Source: Eledone cirrhosa (taxonomy: Eukaryota). Taken from it: a stretch of 64,000 nucleotides of DNA. The position numbers and the translations under genes were made by a program. A model generated the notes under the pieces. The model was not told where the DNA came from, ran no database searches, and worked only from the letters and a program-made list of their open reading frames with translations. Location: assembly GCA_964016885.1 (NCBI GenBank), contig OZ024740.1:53568001-53632000 (forward strand), given 5' to 3'. Shown one piece after another: positions 29,900 to 43,637 of the stretch. Every line of letters starts with the position of its first letter. The stretch's first letter is position 1.

Positions 29900-32830
29900 G
29901 TATTTTATCACAGGTCAAACGTCTCCTGGTTTTGGTGTCCATTCTTTTAATTTCGTTAACGTTCCAATTCATAACATTGAAACTGGTATAAATTTCACAT
30001 TACCCTCTCGCATTCCAAACAGTCTTGCCATCTCCATATTTCATTCGGAGTACTTGGTGACTTTTTAAATCTCTTTAATCGCAATATTCAGGTCATTGTA
30101 TGTAGCTACGTCTATCATCTGACAGCATTTGTCGTTCTTGTTCAATACGACAATGTCCGGTTGGCGATGCTCAATTACTCTAACTCAGAATATCGTTGGT
30201 CTCCCATACTCCTACATTACTTTACAAGATACTTGCTCTTATCCATTCTCTATTACTTCGTATTGGTATTTACGACATAACAGCCAATGAAGGTACAAAC
30301 AGACTTTATCATAGCAGCTCATGTATTTTTTCTGCGGAAGGCTCTCATATCCACTTACCAACTGGGGAAGATTTTTCACTTTCTTTTAACACAGTCGTCA
30401 TTTCTAAGTGTCGGAAGTTTTGTAGTTGTTATACTTCCCCGAATTGGTAGCAATGGCTTGGTCTTGTGCTGAAATTATAAGGCGTACAGTGGAACTTTCA
30501 AATCGCCTTGATTAAGCCATGTTCATGATGTTTTAACTTTGATATCTTGCGTATTTCTTTCAAACTGTTCATTTCCAGAAGATCATATTTTATCTTCTCT
30601 TCAACTCTTTGGCTAAACTCTTCCTTTCCAACCATTTCTACTGCATCTACACCCATATCTTCTGCTGCATATTGCAACAATTATTCGTACTGTTTACCAA
30701 ATTCCCTGCAAACTTTTTCATTTCACTCCATATATACAATAACCCACACTGATGAGATCTCTACCAACATTCTTTCTCTTGTCCATTCTGTTTATATTTG
30801 CTTAAGGGTGTAAAGCTCCGTACAGTGTCATTACCTTTCTTGTGTTTTTATCCAATCTTACTATTTCTTCTTCATTCCACCCGAGACCGAGTGCACTATA
30901 AGCAATCACTGTAAGTGCCCAGAAATGCATTGCAGTGACTAGATTTCTCGATTTCAGGTTGGATTTAAAAACCATTTTTCCTCTTCTTAAATATGTCTCT
31001 CTAACCCTTCATCTTTCATTTCTGCATCCAGTTCTAAAATTCCCAAATACTTTTATCCACAATCTACCGGTTCCCCTATGGTCCCCCCGAGTGGCAGCCT
31101 TAATCCATTACAAGCTGTTTCTCCCTCTCTTTTCATGTTGAGCACAGAGCATTTAGAAATTCTAAATTCCATACCGATGACGTCACTGTTACATATCTGG
31201 GCTGATTTAACCAAAGAATCGATTTAATCTTCAGACTTCTCAAACAGTATCAGGATCTACAAATAGACGATTGAATGGTCCTTTTGGTAACCCATTTTAA
31301 CTTTTCTAAATGTCAGTTCTATAAGTATAAGTGCCATGACAAGTAGTAATGGTGAAAATGTGTCACCTTGGAAGATGCCTCTTTTAATATCTATTTCTCC
31401 AAGGAATACATTGCTGAAGTACAACTTGGTCTTCCACTCTAGCTTACAATTCAGAAGAAAATTTGTAAAGCTGTCAATAATACCAAACATCTGCAGGCAT
31501 TGTAAATTCTAAGAAAGAGGCACCATATTATATGTTTTCTTCAAGTCAATCCAGGCCAAAGCATGTTGGTATAATGATTTTTGCAATGTTTCAAAACTGT
31601 CTTCAACAAGTGATCTTTGGTACCCTGAGAACTTCTGCATCCTTTTTGTTCCCTTGGCAATATTCCTTTCTGTAAAAGATAAGTATAAGCCTTCTCTGCA
31701 AATATCCCAGTAAGTAGTTTCCATATTATGTACAGGCATGCTATAGGCGGTATTCATATCCATAATTCTGTTTTGATGCTTTCGTTTCACCTGGCATTCC
31801 TTCTATGCATTACAGTGTTTCTCCATATTCAATTCCAGAACTCCTTGGCTTGGCCAGCATTAGAAATAGCATGCTTCCCTGTGTCTTCTTCCAAAGAGCA
31901 GAAGAATTGTTTTTGGATTATTTTGGAACAATATATTCTCCTCAACCTGCTTATTTCTTTTCACATATCTTAACGTCTGTTTTTTTCTACAAAGTCTTCT
32001 GTATTAAACTGTTGCACTACTATATAGAATAAATTCTTCCATATCATATATTTCTTGTCTAATGTCTCTCGATCGGTCTTTTTTCCGTTTTACCACTTTC
32101 CTGTAAACCATTTCTCAATTTTACTTACATATTGCCTTAAATGCATTATTTCCACTATGTTATTTTTGCCTTACTCTGCTTTTCGTCAGTTGTAATTTCT
32201 TTTCAACATTTATTGCGATAGCTCGGATAAGATTCCTTGATTGCGTTATGTCCTCTGTCTGGACATGTGGTGTGACAACATTTATCTGTTTCGTAATTCA
32301 CCAATCTATATTTCTTCTATTCATTGTTTTTTTCTTCAGGGGCATGCATCAAATATGAAAACCGTCTTTGTAATGCAAGTGATTCATCACCCAATTGGAT
32401 TTCTTCTCTTGTATATCCATCCTCAGCAGTATTAGCGTTCAATCTATAAACTTTTTTTCAGCAGCCCCAAGAATCTCATCAGAGCTTCCCTGTCCCTGTT
32501 GTCTATTTTTCTCTCTGACTTATCACCTTCACTTAATACATTAGTTTACTTTCTGATATCGAAAACATGTCCTTTTCTACCCCAACGTACGGGGGCTCTA
32601 CTCCACAGCTTCCCTCCAGTTTTGCTCTTTCCTGACATTCATTAAGTGTAGAAAACTTTTCCTTCATCCACTTATGTCTCGCTGCGTGCACATTTTTTGT
32701 GTGATCTGTTGCTTGGTAACTTCCCCCGTTGAGGATGGCACCAAGCTTGCCGGGCAAGAGATGTTCACCGTAATTGGTTCCAGCTTCATTCACGCTGATA
32801 ATTATTTCATTATTGTTTTGCATCATGATT
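29900..32830 (-). mobile_element. Heavily decayed R4/Dong-like LINE (RT plus REL)
   Basis: Fragments [31 protein letters not shown] and IEHRQPDIVVLNKNDKCCQMIDVA, with many stops and frameshifts. Confidence 0.8.
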
Positions 32831-32917
32831 CCATGAGAGAAGTTAATGGGTTTTTCTTTCCCACAAGTATTTTTATTTAGATACCAGGATAAAGAATGAC
32901 TTGATAATTGTAATTAT

Positions 32918-33715
32918 AATGGTTTCTTATATAGGCACAAGGCCAGTAATTTTGGGGGAGGGGAAAGTCGATTAAATTGACCCCAGTGCGTGACTGGTAC
33001 TTCATTTTATCGACCCTGTAAGGATGAAAGGTAAAGTTAACCTCGGCGAGATTTGAACTAGATCATAAAGGGCCGTAACTCTATGCGGCAAAGCATGGCA
33101 TCAGATCCTCTACCTATACTGCCAATCCACCGCCCTAATAATTGTAATTATAATAATTATTATTATTAGGGCGGTGGATTGGCAGTATCGGTAGAGGGTC
33201 GGACGCCATGCTTTGCAGCATAGAGTTACGGTCCTTTACGGTTTGAGTTCAAATCCCGCCGATGTTAACTTTGCCTTTCACCCTTACGGCGTCGATAAAA
33301 TAAAGTACCAGTAATGCACTGGGGTCGATTTAATTGACTTTCCCCTCCCCAAAAATTGCTGGCCTTGTGTCTATATAAGAAACAATTAGGATTGGCAGTA
33401 TCGGTAGAGGGTCGGACGCCAAACTTTGACGCATAGGGTTACGGCCCTTGCCATTCTGAGTTCAAATCCCGCTGAGGTTAACTTTTCCTTTCATCCTTAC
33501 GAGGTCGATAAAATAAAGTACCAGTAATGCACTGGGTATTTTGCTGGCCTTGTGCCAAAAGTAGAAACAATTATTAGGGCGGTGGATTGGTCAAAATGTG
33601 CCGAAGTTAGCTTTACTTTTCCTCCTTACAGGATCGAACGTACTGGAGTCGATTTAATCGACCTTCCCCTCCACACAGAAAAATGATTGGCCATGTGCCT
33701 AAATTAGAAACCATC
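32918..33715. mobile_element. SINE cluster: one minus copy (32918-33135), then plus copies (33169-33386, 33387-33575, 33577-33715)
   Basis: Repeated gggcggtggattggcagtatcggtagagggtcggacgcc..gagttcaaatcccgcc..gtcgataaaataaagtaccagt. Confidence 0.92.
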
Positions 33716-33769
33716 ATTATCCCGATTAATAAAATTATCATCGTTACCATTATTATTATTGTTCTTGTC

Positions 33770-34350
33770 TATATGTTTCCTGTGCTGTCTATATGTTGCT
33801 TCCTGTGCAGTGTATATGTTGTCTCCTGTGCAGTGTATATGTTGTCTCCTGTGCAGTGTATATGTTGTCTCCTGTTCAGTGTATATGTTGTCTCCTGTGC
33901 AGTGTATATGTTGTCTCCTGTGCAGTGTATATGTTGTCTCCTGTGCAGTGTATATGTTGTTTCCTGTGCAGTGTATATGTTGTCTCCTGTGCAGTGTATA
34001 TGTTGTTTCCTGTTCAGTGTATATGTTGCTTCCTGTGCAGTGTATATGTTGTCTCCTGTGCAGTGTATATGTTGTCTCCTGTTCAGTGTATATGTTGTTT
34101 CCTGTGCAGTGTATATGTTGTTTCCTGTATTGTGTATATGTTGTTTCCTGTATTGTGTATATGTTGTCTCCTGTGCAGTGTATATGTTGTTTCCTGTGCA
34201 GTGTATATGTTGTCTCCTGTGCAGTGTATATGTTGTTTCCTGTATTGTGTATATGTTGTTTCCTGTATTGTGTATATGTTGTTTCCTGTATTGTGTATAT
34301 GTTGTTTCCTGTATTGTGTATATGTTGTTTCCTGTATTGTGTATATGTTG
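33770..34350 (+). repeat. 23-bp minisatellite, ~25 units (TATATGTTGTCTCCTGTGCAGTG and variants)
   Basis: Direct reading. The 23-aa periodicity of the three overlapping ORFs equals 3 x 23 nt. Confidence 0.95.
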
Positions 34351-34887
34351 CTGTTGCTTGCCATTGTCATAACTGTTGTTACTAATGTCGTAGTCATTGT
34401 TGTTTTTGTTGTTAATGTTTCCTTTTGTTGTAGCACTGGCAGTGGCTGTTGACTTGTAGTTGTTGTTGTTACTTAACTATTCATTAGTAGTGCTTTTTTC
34501 GGTGCTGTAGTAGTGGTGGTGGTAGTGGTTGAGTAATGGTAAGTTTTGTAGCCATAACAACAGGTTGTTGTTTTTTTTGTTGATGTCTGTTCAGTGATCT
34601 ATAGCCATACGGCCAACTAGCCAACTAGCATCTAATAGGCTAGTTGACATCTGACATACGCTTTCTCCTCAAAATTTTAACTGGCCATTTTGAATTATTT
34701 TATTTCATTTTTTTTTTTTTTTTAGAAGTTAGGAAAAGAGAAATTGCGGAGTGGCCATCAACATTCTCTTTCGCGGAGGGAAATATATGCGACTTATACA
34801 GCGCTTGCTGGGTCTCTTACGGAAACCAATTTTTGACCGTTCGCAGTAGGTGTAAATATGCAAAATTATTATCATTATTATCTCTGA

Positions 34888-35935
34888 GGCGGTGGATTGG
34901 CAGTATCGGTAGAGGGTCGGACGCCATGCTTTGCCGCATAGAGTTACGGCCCTTTCCATTCTGAGTTCAAATCCCGCCGAAGTTAACTTTGCCTTTCATC
35001 CTTTCGGGGTCGATAAAATAAAGTACCAGTCATGTACTGGGTAATTGCTGGCCTTGTGCCAAAAGTAGAAACAATTATTATCTCTGAGTTCGGTGGATTG
35101 GCAGTATCGGTAGAGGGTCGGACGCCATGCTTTGACGCATAGAGTTACGGCCCTTGCCATTCTGAGTTCAAATCCCGCCAAGGTTAACTTTGACTTTCAT
35201 CCTTACGGGGTCGATAAAATAAAGTACCAGTAATGCACTGGATAATTGCTGGCCTTGTGCCTAACGTAGAAACAATTATTATCTCTGAGTTCAAATCCCG
35301 CCGAGGTTAAATTTGCCTTTCATCCTTACGGGGTCGATAAAATAAAGTACCAGTAATACACTGGATATTTGCTGGCCTTGTTCCAAAAGTAGAAACAATT
35401 ATTACCACTTTGCCGTTCTGAGTTCAAATCTCATCGAGGTTAACTTTGCCTTTCATCCTTACGGGGTCGATTAAATAAAGTACCAGTAATACACTGGAAT
35501 AATTGCTGGCCTTGTGCCAAAAATAGAAACAATTATCATCACAGGGTGGTGGATTGGCAGTATCGGTAGAGGGTCGGACGCCATGCTTTGCAGCAAAGAG
35601 TTACGGCCCTTTATGGTCTGAGTTTAAATCCCTCCGAGGTTAACTTTGCTTTTCATCCTTATGGGGTCGATAAAATAAAAGTACCAGTAATACACTGGAT
35701 TAATTGCTGGCCTTGTGGCAAAAGTAGAAACAATTATTATCATTACGGTGGATTAGCAGTATCGATAGAGCGTCAGACACTGTGCTTTGCAGAATAGAGG
35801 TATGACCCTGAGCCTTCTGAGTTCAAATCCCGTCGAGGATAACTTTGCCTTTCATTTTTATGGGGGTCGAAGAAATAAAGTAGCAGTAATGCACTGGGGT
35901 ATTTGCTGTCCTTGAGCCAAATGTAAAACAATTAT
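34888..35935 (+). mobile_element. Head-to-tail array of six tRNA-derived SINE copies
   Basis: Units start near 34888, 35092, 35284, 35411, 35544 and 35747, each with the B box and the gaaacaatta-type tail. Two units are 5'-truncated. Confidence 0.92.
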
Positions 35936-38900
35936 AGATCGCAAGCGTACAATATGTGAATGAGCTTTCTAGTTAGAGTTAGCGATAAGGACATGTTAAG
36001 CTGTCCACAAATGTTCATGGTTGCCTATTCAGATCACCTTGACATAACCCATAGACAGGGACCCGGCTACTGGAAGATAAACTTGTCGTTACCGACATGC
36101 AAAGCCTACAGTAGACGGATTAGCACTTTAATTAAGAAGCATTTGACGGGGGCCATTGTCAACAACAGATGGTGGTACTCTCTCAAGAGGGCAGTTAGAT
36201 TAGACTCAATAGGTTTTAGTAAAGAATTAGTGTTAGATAGAAATAAGACCGAAAAGGAACTGGTAGATAAAGTAGAAGAGGCACTTAGGAGTGGCAACGC
36301 AGCCAGTGTGCTAGCCACGAGAACGGCCTTGGACCAGTTCTTCGACGCAAAGCACGAACGGTGCGTTGTGAGAAGCAAAATACGTGCTCTGGGAAACGAG
36401 GGAGCCAAAGCTGTTAGCTGGGCCCGAGTGACGGTGGCGAAAAGTGGCAACATGTCAACAATTCGGTCTTTGAAGGACCATGGCGGACGCGTGATTCGTG
36501 AGCCGAAGCAGATGTGCGTGGCCTTTCAGCGGCACTTTGCTCAACTGTTCGGGCAGGGCGGCGCGCCGGGAGGGGCTATGGATTTTAGTCCATACCTCGA
36601 CGGCCTGCCGCGATTCTCGGACGGCGAGGCTAAGTTCTGCGAAAGGCCGATTTCGGCCGCTGAGATAGGAGACGCGCTGACCCAATTCGGCAAACCTAAA
36701 TCTCCAGGTCTCGACGGTCTACCCTACGAATTTTACGTAGCAATGCCAGACTTGTTCTCCGGTCTCCTGGAAGCGGTCTACTGCAACTGGCGGCAGAACG
36801 GGAGAATTCCCAGTTCTGTGACCGGGGGCGTAGTGACACTAGTCAGGAAGGACGAGAATAAGGGGGATGACATAGGCAACTTCCGGCCAATAACTCTGCT
36901 AAACACAGAGTTACAGATTTTGGCCAAGGTGTTGGCAAAGAGGCTGGCGTTTGTCGTCGAAACCTGGTGGGAGAAGCGCAGACATGCGCAATCCCGACCT
37001 GGTCCATACACGACAACCTCCACCTCGTGCGATACATCATAGAGAGAGTAGGGCGTAAACCCGGCTTCGGTGGGGCCCTGATCAACTTGGATCAGTCTAA
37101 GGCTTTCGATAGGGTTGACCATCGTTACCTGGATGCGGTGCTCGAGGCGGCAGGCTTCGGACCCGTGTTCAGGGGCTGGATTGCTGCTATGTACAGCAGC
37201 AACATCTGCTCAAGGGTCAAGGTGAACGGTTTCCTCTCGGAGCCGTTCCATATCACGCGATCCATCCGACAGGGATGCCCTCTCTCCTCCCTTCTGTACG
37301 TACTGGCTCTCGAGCCACTATTGTGGAAGTTGAAGCTATTGCAGGAAATCCCTTTGGAACCGGGACTGCGAAAAGCGGCGTCGGCCTACGCCGACGACGT
37401 GACAGTATTGGTGTCTAGCACCTCGCAAATCGGGGAGGTTGGCACCTTACTGGAGGAATACGAAAGGTTCACAGGAGCAAGCTGAACCGGGACAAATCCG
37501 TCTGTTTGCAACTCGGAACGTGGAGAGGCAAACTGATGCCTTCTGATGGCGTCGTCGGACGCTGGACGGAAGGACCGGTAAAGCTGCTCGGAGTCTGGTT
37601 TGGTCCGGACCTCCAGGTAGAGAAGAATTGGAACGAGGTGATGGCCAATGTCTTTGCGCTCACCCAGAAGTGGGCCGAGTGCAAACTATCCTTGAAAGGT
37701 CGAGCGGAGGTGGCGAACACTTTTATAGCGTCCCTCATCTATAACCGCTTGACCGTCGTGCCTTGTCCAGCCAAAACGCTCACCAAAATGGAGCGCGCAC
37801 TCTTCCAATTCCTTTGGAAGAGGCGGGCTCCTTTGGTGAGAAGATCCATCTGCTGCCAAATCCCTTCAAACGGAGAGCTGAGGATGCCGTGGCTGACGAT
37901 GCGCAAACACGCGCTCAGGCTGCGGCACCTCCACCTATTCCGCACCGGACAACCGGTGTGGGCCCCGTTCGTGAGGTGAGCCTTCCCACCACTTGTCTCG
38001 CTGACCGAGCTGCAGTCCTGGGTCAAGCAAAGACCGAGGAAAATGGGCGACTGGCACATCGAATGTGCTCAGGCGCTCACAGTCCTCTGGCAAACCGACC
38101 CAGCGATCAGTGGAGACTCCACTTCGACATTCTATAGAGGGTTGGTCCACAGCAAGTATGACGACGCGCTCGGAGAAACTCTAGGAGTAGAGGACGATGA
38201 ACTGGCATATCTTTTCGGTAGCAACTTCCGCCCGGGACCAATGAACAACTTCCAAAAGTTGCTGTCCTGGCAGTGCTACCGAGGAGCTCTACCAGTTCGA
38301 GACAAGCTCTACAGACACGGGCGCCCGAGCAGGGACCCTTCGCGCACGTATTTGTACACTTCCCGGTCGTTACCGACCTGTGGGGCTATGTAGAACGACT
38401 ATTGTCGCGGGTGGGACCAATCCAGTTGATCCCCGAGTCCATTGTCATGATCAAACCGCCACTCTCCTTCAAACACGAGTGAGAGGCGTTTTCCTATGTG
38501 TTATGGCTATGGTGAAAGAAGTTATATGGTGGACGAGGTTAAAAGGGCTGAGGTCAGTCACCTTTCTCTCCGGCGAACAACTTATTCGTTTTTTCAAATA
38601 TCATTTTGGAAGAAGAATCAGGATGGAGAGAGAGGTGTTGTACCCCAGCAAATTTTATAAAAGGTGGGTGAATATGGCAAAGATGGCCCGAGTGGTTGGG
38701 TCTTCTCTATATATAAGCCTGTAGGTTGAGGAAAAAGAGGAAGAGAGGAAGGGAGTACTCACTCTTGGTGCTCCTGGAGATGAGGGTTGTACATTTTTTC
38801 GGGGTGTGTACAACCCCTGTGTAACGCCTCCCCCTCCCCTATTGGGGATTTCAATTGTTATTTGTTATTTTATTAATAGTTTTATTTTCATATACCTGTA

Positions 38901-38960
38901 TATAAACTCTCCATTTGTATTTGTCCCCTTCTTGTGTGCCCGTGTGGCTAATAAAGAAAT
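35936..38960 (+). mobile_element. 5'-truncated L1/Tx1-like LINE ORF2 with frameshifts
   Basis: YSDH..GPGYWKIN (end of EN), KSPGLDGLPYEFY, NFRPITLLNT, LDQSKAFDRVDH, RQGCPLS, YADD, KLLGVWF and LSLKGRA. AATAAA at ~38950. Confidence 0.93.
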
Positions 38961-38987
38961 GTCTCTATATACTGATGTAATGGGTGA

Positions 38988-39536
38988 ACTTGTGCCAAAA
39001 GTAGAAACAATTATTATTATTACTTTGTCACGTAGGGCGGTGGATTGGTAGTGTCCATAGAGGGCCGGACACCATGCTTTGCAGCATAGAGTTACGGTTC
39101 TTTATGATCTGAGTTCAAATCCCGCCGAGATTAACTTTGCCTTTCATCCTTACAGGGTCGATAAAATAAAGTACCAGTCACGCACTGGGGTCGATTTAAT
39201 CGACTTTTCCCTCCGCCCAAAATTGCTGGCCTTGTGCCTATATAAGAAACAATTATTACTTTATCAGGTAGTGTAGATGGTAAAGGCAGCAGAATATTTA
39301 GTGATCTCAGACAGATAATAATTTATTTTTGAAGTATTGGTAGAGTGTCGGACACCCTGCTACGTGGCACAGAGTTACGGCCCTTTACATTCTAGGTTCA
39401 AATCCCGCCGAAGTTTACTTTGCCTTTCATTCTTACGGCGTTGATAAAATAAACTACCAGTAATGCACTGGAATCGATTTAATTGACTTTCCCCTCCCCA
39501 AAATTGTTGGCTTGTGCCTATATAAGAAACCATTAT
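38988..39536 (+). mobile_element. SINE tail plus two more SINE copies (39035-39257, 39333-39536)
   Basis: Same family motifs as 34888-35935. Confidence 0.88.
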
Positions 39537-41712
39537 TTATTACTTGGTGGAGGCTCTGGTGTTATGACCTGATTTACACTGGTACTGACTCACATCATGA
39601 CTCAGGTGGAGCTGTAGATACGAGGTACAAAGACTTGCAACAGAGTAATTTGCTCAAAAGTCACTCAAGTTCTAAACATTTGATAAACTGAGAGATGGAT
39701 TAACTCTAGCCCCACAGACAGATACAGACCATTTGCAAGGAATTTTCAACATCTACACCTACTGCAGCTGACACAAGAAATCCCCCCCCCCCCACACACA
39801 CACAACACAAAAAAAAACAAACAATAACACAAAGGTCCACGTGGTGTAAACGATGCCGAAACTATGTCATAGGAATAACTACACGGCTATTAATGTGCCT
39901 TTTACTAACTTTATTATCGAGGCAACATTACTGTTTAAGTTATTCGTTCTTTTATTAGGTAACTTAGTTATAAGGATGTAGAACTTAATGTTGTGATAAT
40001 CATTCGTTTTCTAAAAGATTTCGCTAAAAATATTCTTTCAACTGAGTATTGAAACCGAGCCGGTGTTTTGATTGATGCTTGCATGTAGCATTGACGTTTT
40101 GCATAAGGCTGATCTTATAACGTAGTTTCAAGCTTTCGCCTCTTGTTATTAAGTTGCCTGCATTTTAATGTCAAATCTTAAATTTGAAATAGTTTTCCTT
40201 CCAACCATGTATTGTTTCCTTTAACCAAACTGACAAATGAAAAACAGACAAGTTTTTGGAAATTTTCCTGTTTTGCCCGAAGATGCCAATAGTGTTATGC
40301 CAACATTACTATTAGTTTTAGATAAATATGCTTTCGGCTTACAAGTGAAGATTCATGTTGTGTCTTTTTGCGTAAATGGAACCCTTTAATTTCAAAGAAT
40401 CTTTCCACAACTTGACTTGGCAAACGAAGATTTCTCTTCAACTTCATTAGATCTATTTCCAGGTAGCTGAAATTAGTTCATTAACTATTTTCCAGTAAAC
40501 ATAACACAAGCTTTGTATTCGTTCAAGCATGAAGTCATTTCCTGTTAACACACTTTACTCATTTGTATATCGACCATTGAACTGAATTAACTCAACAGGT
40601 TTTATATTATAAGAAATATTCATCCTTTGTAAATATAAAGATCATATAATGCCCCCCATAAGAGTAAATGTTTTATAAAAAAAAAATTATAGACACTCAT
40701 TAAGTAAAATAATTATGGATACAAGAAAAATATAACAAAATATTATAGGTTTCTTTATAATTTAACTTGTTCCATCATAAGGCTATTTGGATAGATTGCT
40801 GCTGTTATTGCTGAGCGCGAGTCGTGGTCGATCAAGTTTTCTTGATCAACTTAATTCGAACAATGTAATTTGTATTCCAATCTAAATCAAATCTTCCTAG
40901 CAAGACATATACATAATCAATTATATTATATCATGGTGTACGATGAAAGGTGTTATCACAATCAGATAGTCTATTTCATATATATATTGATGTTTAATGT
41001 AGTATCAGTTGGAGGTCGTGTTTATGTGATATTATTCCCATTCAATAACAATCGATATCAGCGTATCTATCAATTTTAGGATTCGGATTATACACACACA
41101 CATATCTCTACCTTTCTCACTTTCTCTATTTCTCTCTCTCTCCCTCTCTTTATATATGTATATATATATATATATATATATCATAGATTGAGTTAAAAAC
41201 TCAAAATAGTCTTTTAGAATTAAATAGCTCAAAGAAGGGAATCTTTCCGAGCCGTGTAATACAATTGGGTATATGAGAGGGATGAACACAGATATAAGTA
41301 TCCATGTGTTCCAATTGCAAATAACCAAGTTAGCTAGGCTGAAAAATACTAATTTAAAACAATATGGTTTGCTTGACACGATTTAACATAATAAATCCAT
41401 AAAAATAACAAACTTATATCGGGCAAAAGGCCTATGATACCCGGACAGACATGAATCTGTTTCGCAAGAATTATTAAGTGAAAGCCAGAATTCCTGTGCT
41501 CTTCTGCGAGATTCCAGGAAAATTCGTACTTTTCACTTCAAAGGATCTAAGAAGACTGAACGATGCGCGGGTATAAACGCACATGTTACAGCGCCTAAGG
41601 TGTCCCATACTCATGCCGCTAAATATAGCAGCTAGGTTTATGAGACTAAAGTTAGCTCTACATACATACGGAGCCGAGAATATCATAGATTGAGTTAAAA
41701 ACTCAAAATATA

Positions 41713-41777
<65 letters not shown>

Positions 41778-43436
41778 TTCTAGCATGCTTAGCTTCAATG
41801 CATACATACATAAATACATATATACACATACTTACAGAAGCACACACACCCAGATGCACAAACAAATACACACACACACACATATATATAGAAACACAGA
41901 TAGATAGATGGATGAATACTCCTGTTTCATCACTACATACTCTCTCTCTGTCTGTATATATATATATATGTGTGTGTGTGTGCGTTGTGTGTGTGTGTGT
42001 TTGTGTATTTGTTTGTGTATGTGAGTGAGTGTGCTTCTGTAAGTGTGTGTATGTATATATGTATCCATTGATGCTAAGCATGTTAGAATGTAGCAGAAAA
42101 ACCCGCCTCAAATCAAACCCTACTCTAATTTGACAAACATGATAAACACCTTTATCCGCTCTTCAATCCTGTTTGAGCTTTCATCAGAAGGCATGTATAA
42201 CTTCTCAACAATCACAATGGAATTATAGACTTTACTTTCTCCCACCTTTCCTCAGAAATATAGTGAGCTAGTCACTGATTAGAAACCGGCATCAAACGAC
42301 GGTCTCATAATTTATGATATAATATAAATAATTAAATTAAAATATTTTTCTATAAATGTGTTTTGTATAAGCATGAAGCTTTCTGTTTACTCGAAATGAA
42401 TATTATATATAATATATCTCAACATATTGGCGGAAAAATGTTTGAAGATGGATTAATGTTGCACCGTTTTTCCTTTGAGACATCACTCTTCTAATTTCTC
42501 ATTTGATAAGTTCATATTTTCTTTCTTACATCAATGGATAATAAATTAAATACAAGTATAATGTTGCGGTGGATTCAATTGTCGGTATTTCCGCCTTCTG
42601 ATGAGGTTATATGTATAATCAAAAGTAATTATTATGTTAAGCAAGAGTATGACTTCGATATTACAATATATGTTCGTATATCAAATAAGGTTTCAAATTC
42701 TATGAGAATATATGTACAGAAAGAAGGAAGTCGTCTCGTATATTTATTCTTTGACAACTCCTTAATTAGCGCAATGGATGGATAGTTTAATGAAAACTGA
42801 ACTACCGGCGGTAAAGGTTGAATCATTAACACATTTCGTGGTACAAAAGCCTTAATTTTTCTACTGAACATTTAATGATTTTCTACGCAACTCAGATAAA
42901 TGGAATTCCGTGAGCTACAAAGTTTTGAAAGTAGTAATAATTAATACTTACGGGCAATATGGATTGACATAATTTCAACGAACTTCATAACGAATGCCCC
43001 ATTAATTTGCAGTAGCGTACATCTATAACATTTCGAAAGGAAATTTGTAATATGAGAGTGATATACTACTACGGATGTGAGTAAGAAGTGATTAAGCTCC
43101 TTTATAGTTATCCGAAATTTGTTAAGTGAATTAACCCATCATCTCGTTCACGTGTAGTATTTTAGAAAACATTCGAGTAAATGGCTATACCTTCAATTAA
43201 ACACAAATATCCATACATAAGCGCACGTACAACCACGCGTTCGTTAGTCTCTCTCTCTTTCACAATTTCTCCCTCTCACGCTCTTTCGTATTATCTCTCT
43301 CTCTCCCCCCTCTCTCTCTCTCTATCTATCTATGTATATATATATATATTTATTAAAATAACAGATTAAAGTTTAAGCAAAGAATCGCTGCTTTCACCCT
43401 TAACGGGATCTTCTGAAACTAAAAAAAATCAATTAA

Positions 43437-43468
<32 letters not shown>

Positions 43469-43637
43469 CATATATATGTATATATACATACACACACACA
43501 CGCATACACACACATACACATACACACACACACACACATATATACGAGTATATAATGTGTGTGTGTGTGTGTGTGTATGTGTGTGTCTGCGTGTGTGCGT
43601 GTGTGTATTTGTATGTGTGATTGTGTGTATGTATAAT

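Noticed and set aside
33683-34452. Cys-rich ORFs or a CRISPR-like array
   Set aside because: This is a contiguous 23-bp tandem repeat without unique spacers; the ORFs arise from the stop-free unit.
34888-35935. tRNA gene cluster
   Set aside because: The A/B boxes belong to SINE heads. I see no cloverleaf, and each unit continues into a SINE body and tail.
42150-42645. Two hammerhead-like half motifs (42150-42197 minus; 42598-42645 plus)
   Set aside because: Each has CTGATGA plus a hairpin but lacks an intact GAAA or stem I.
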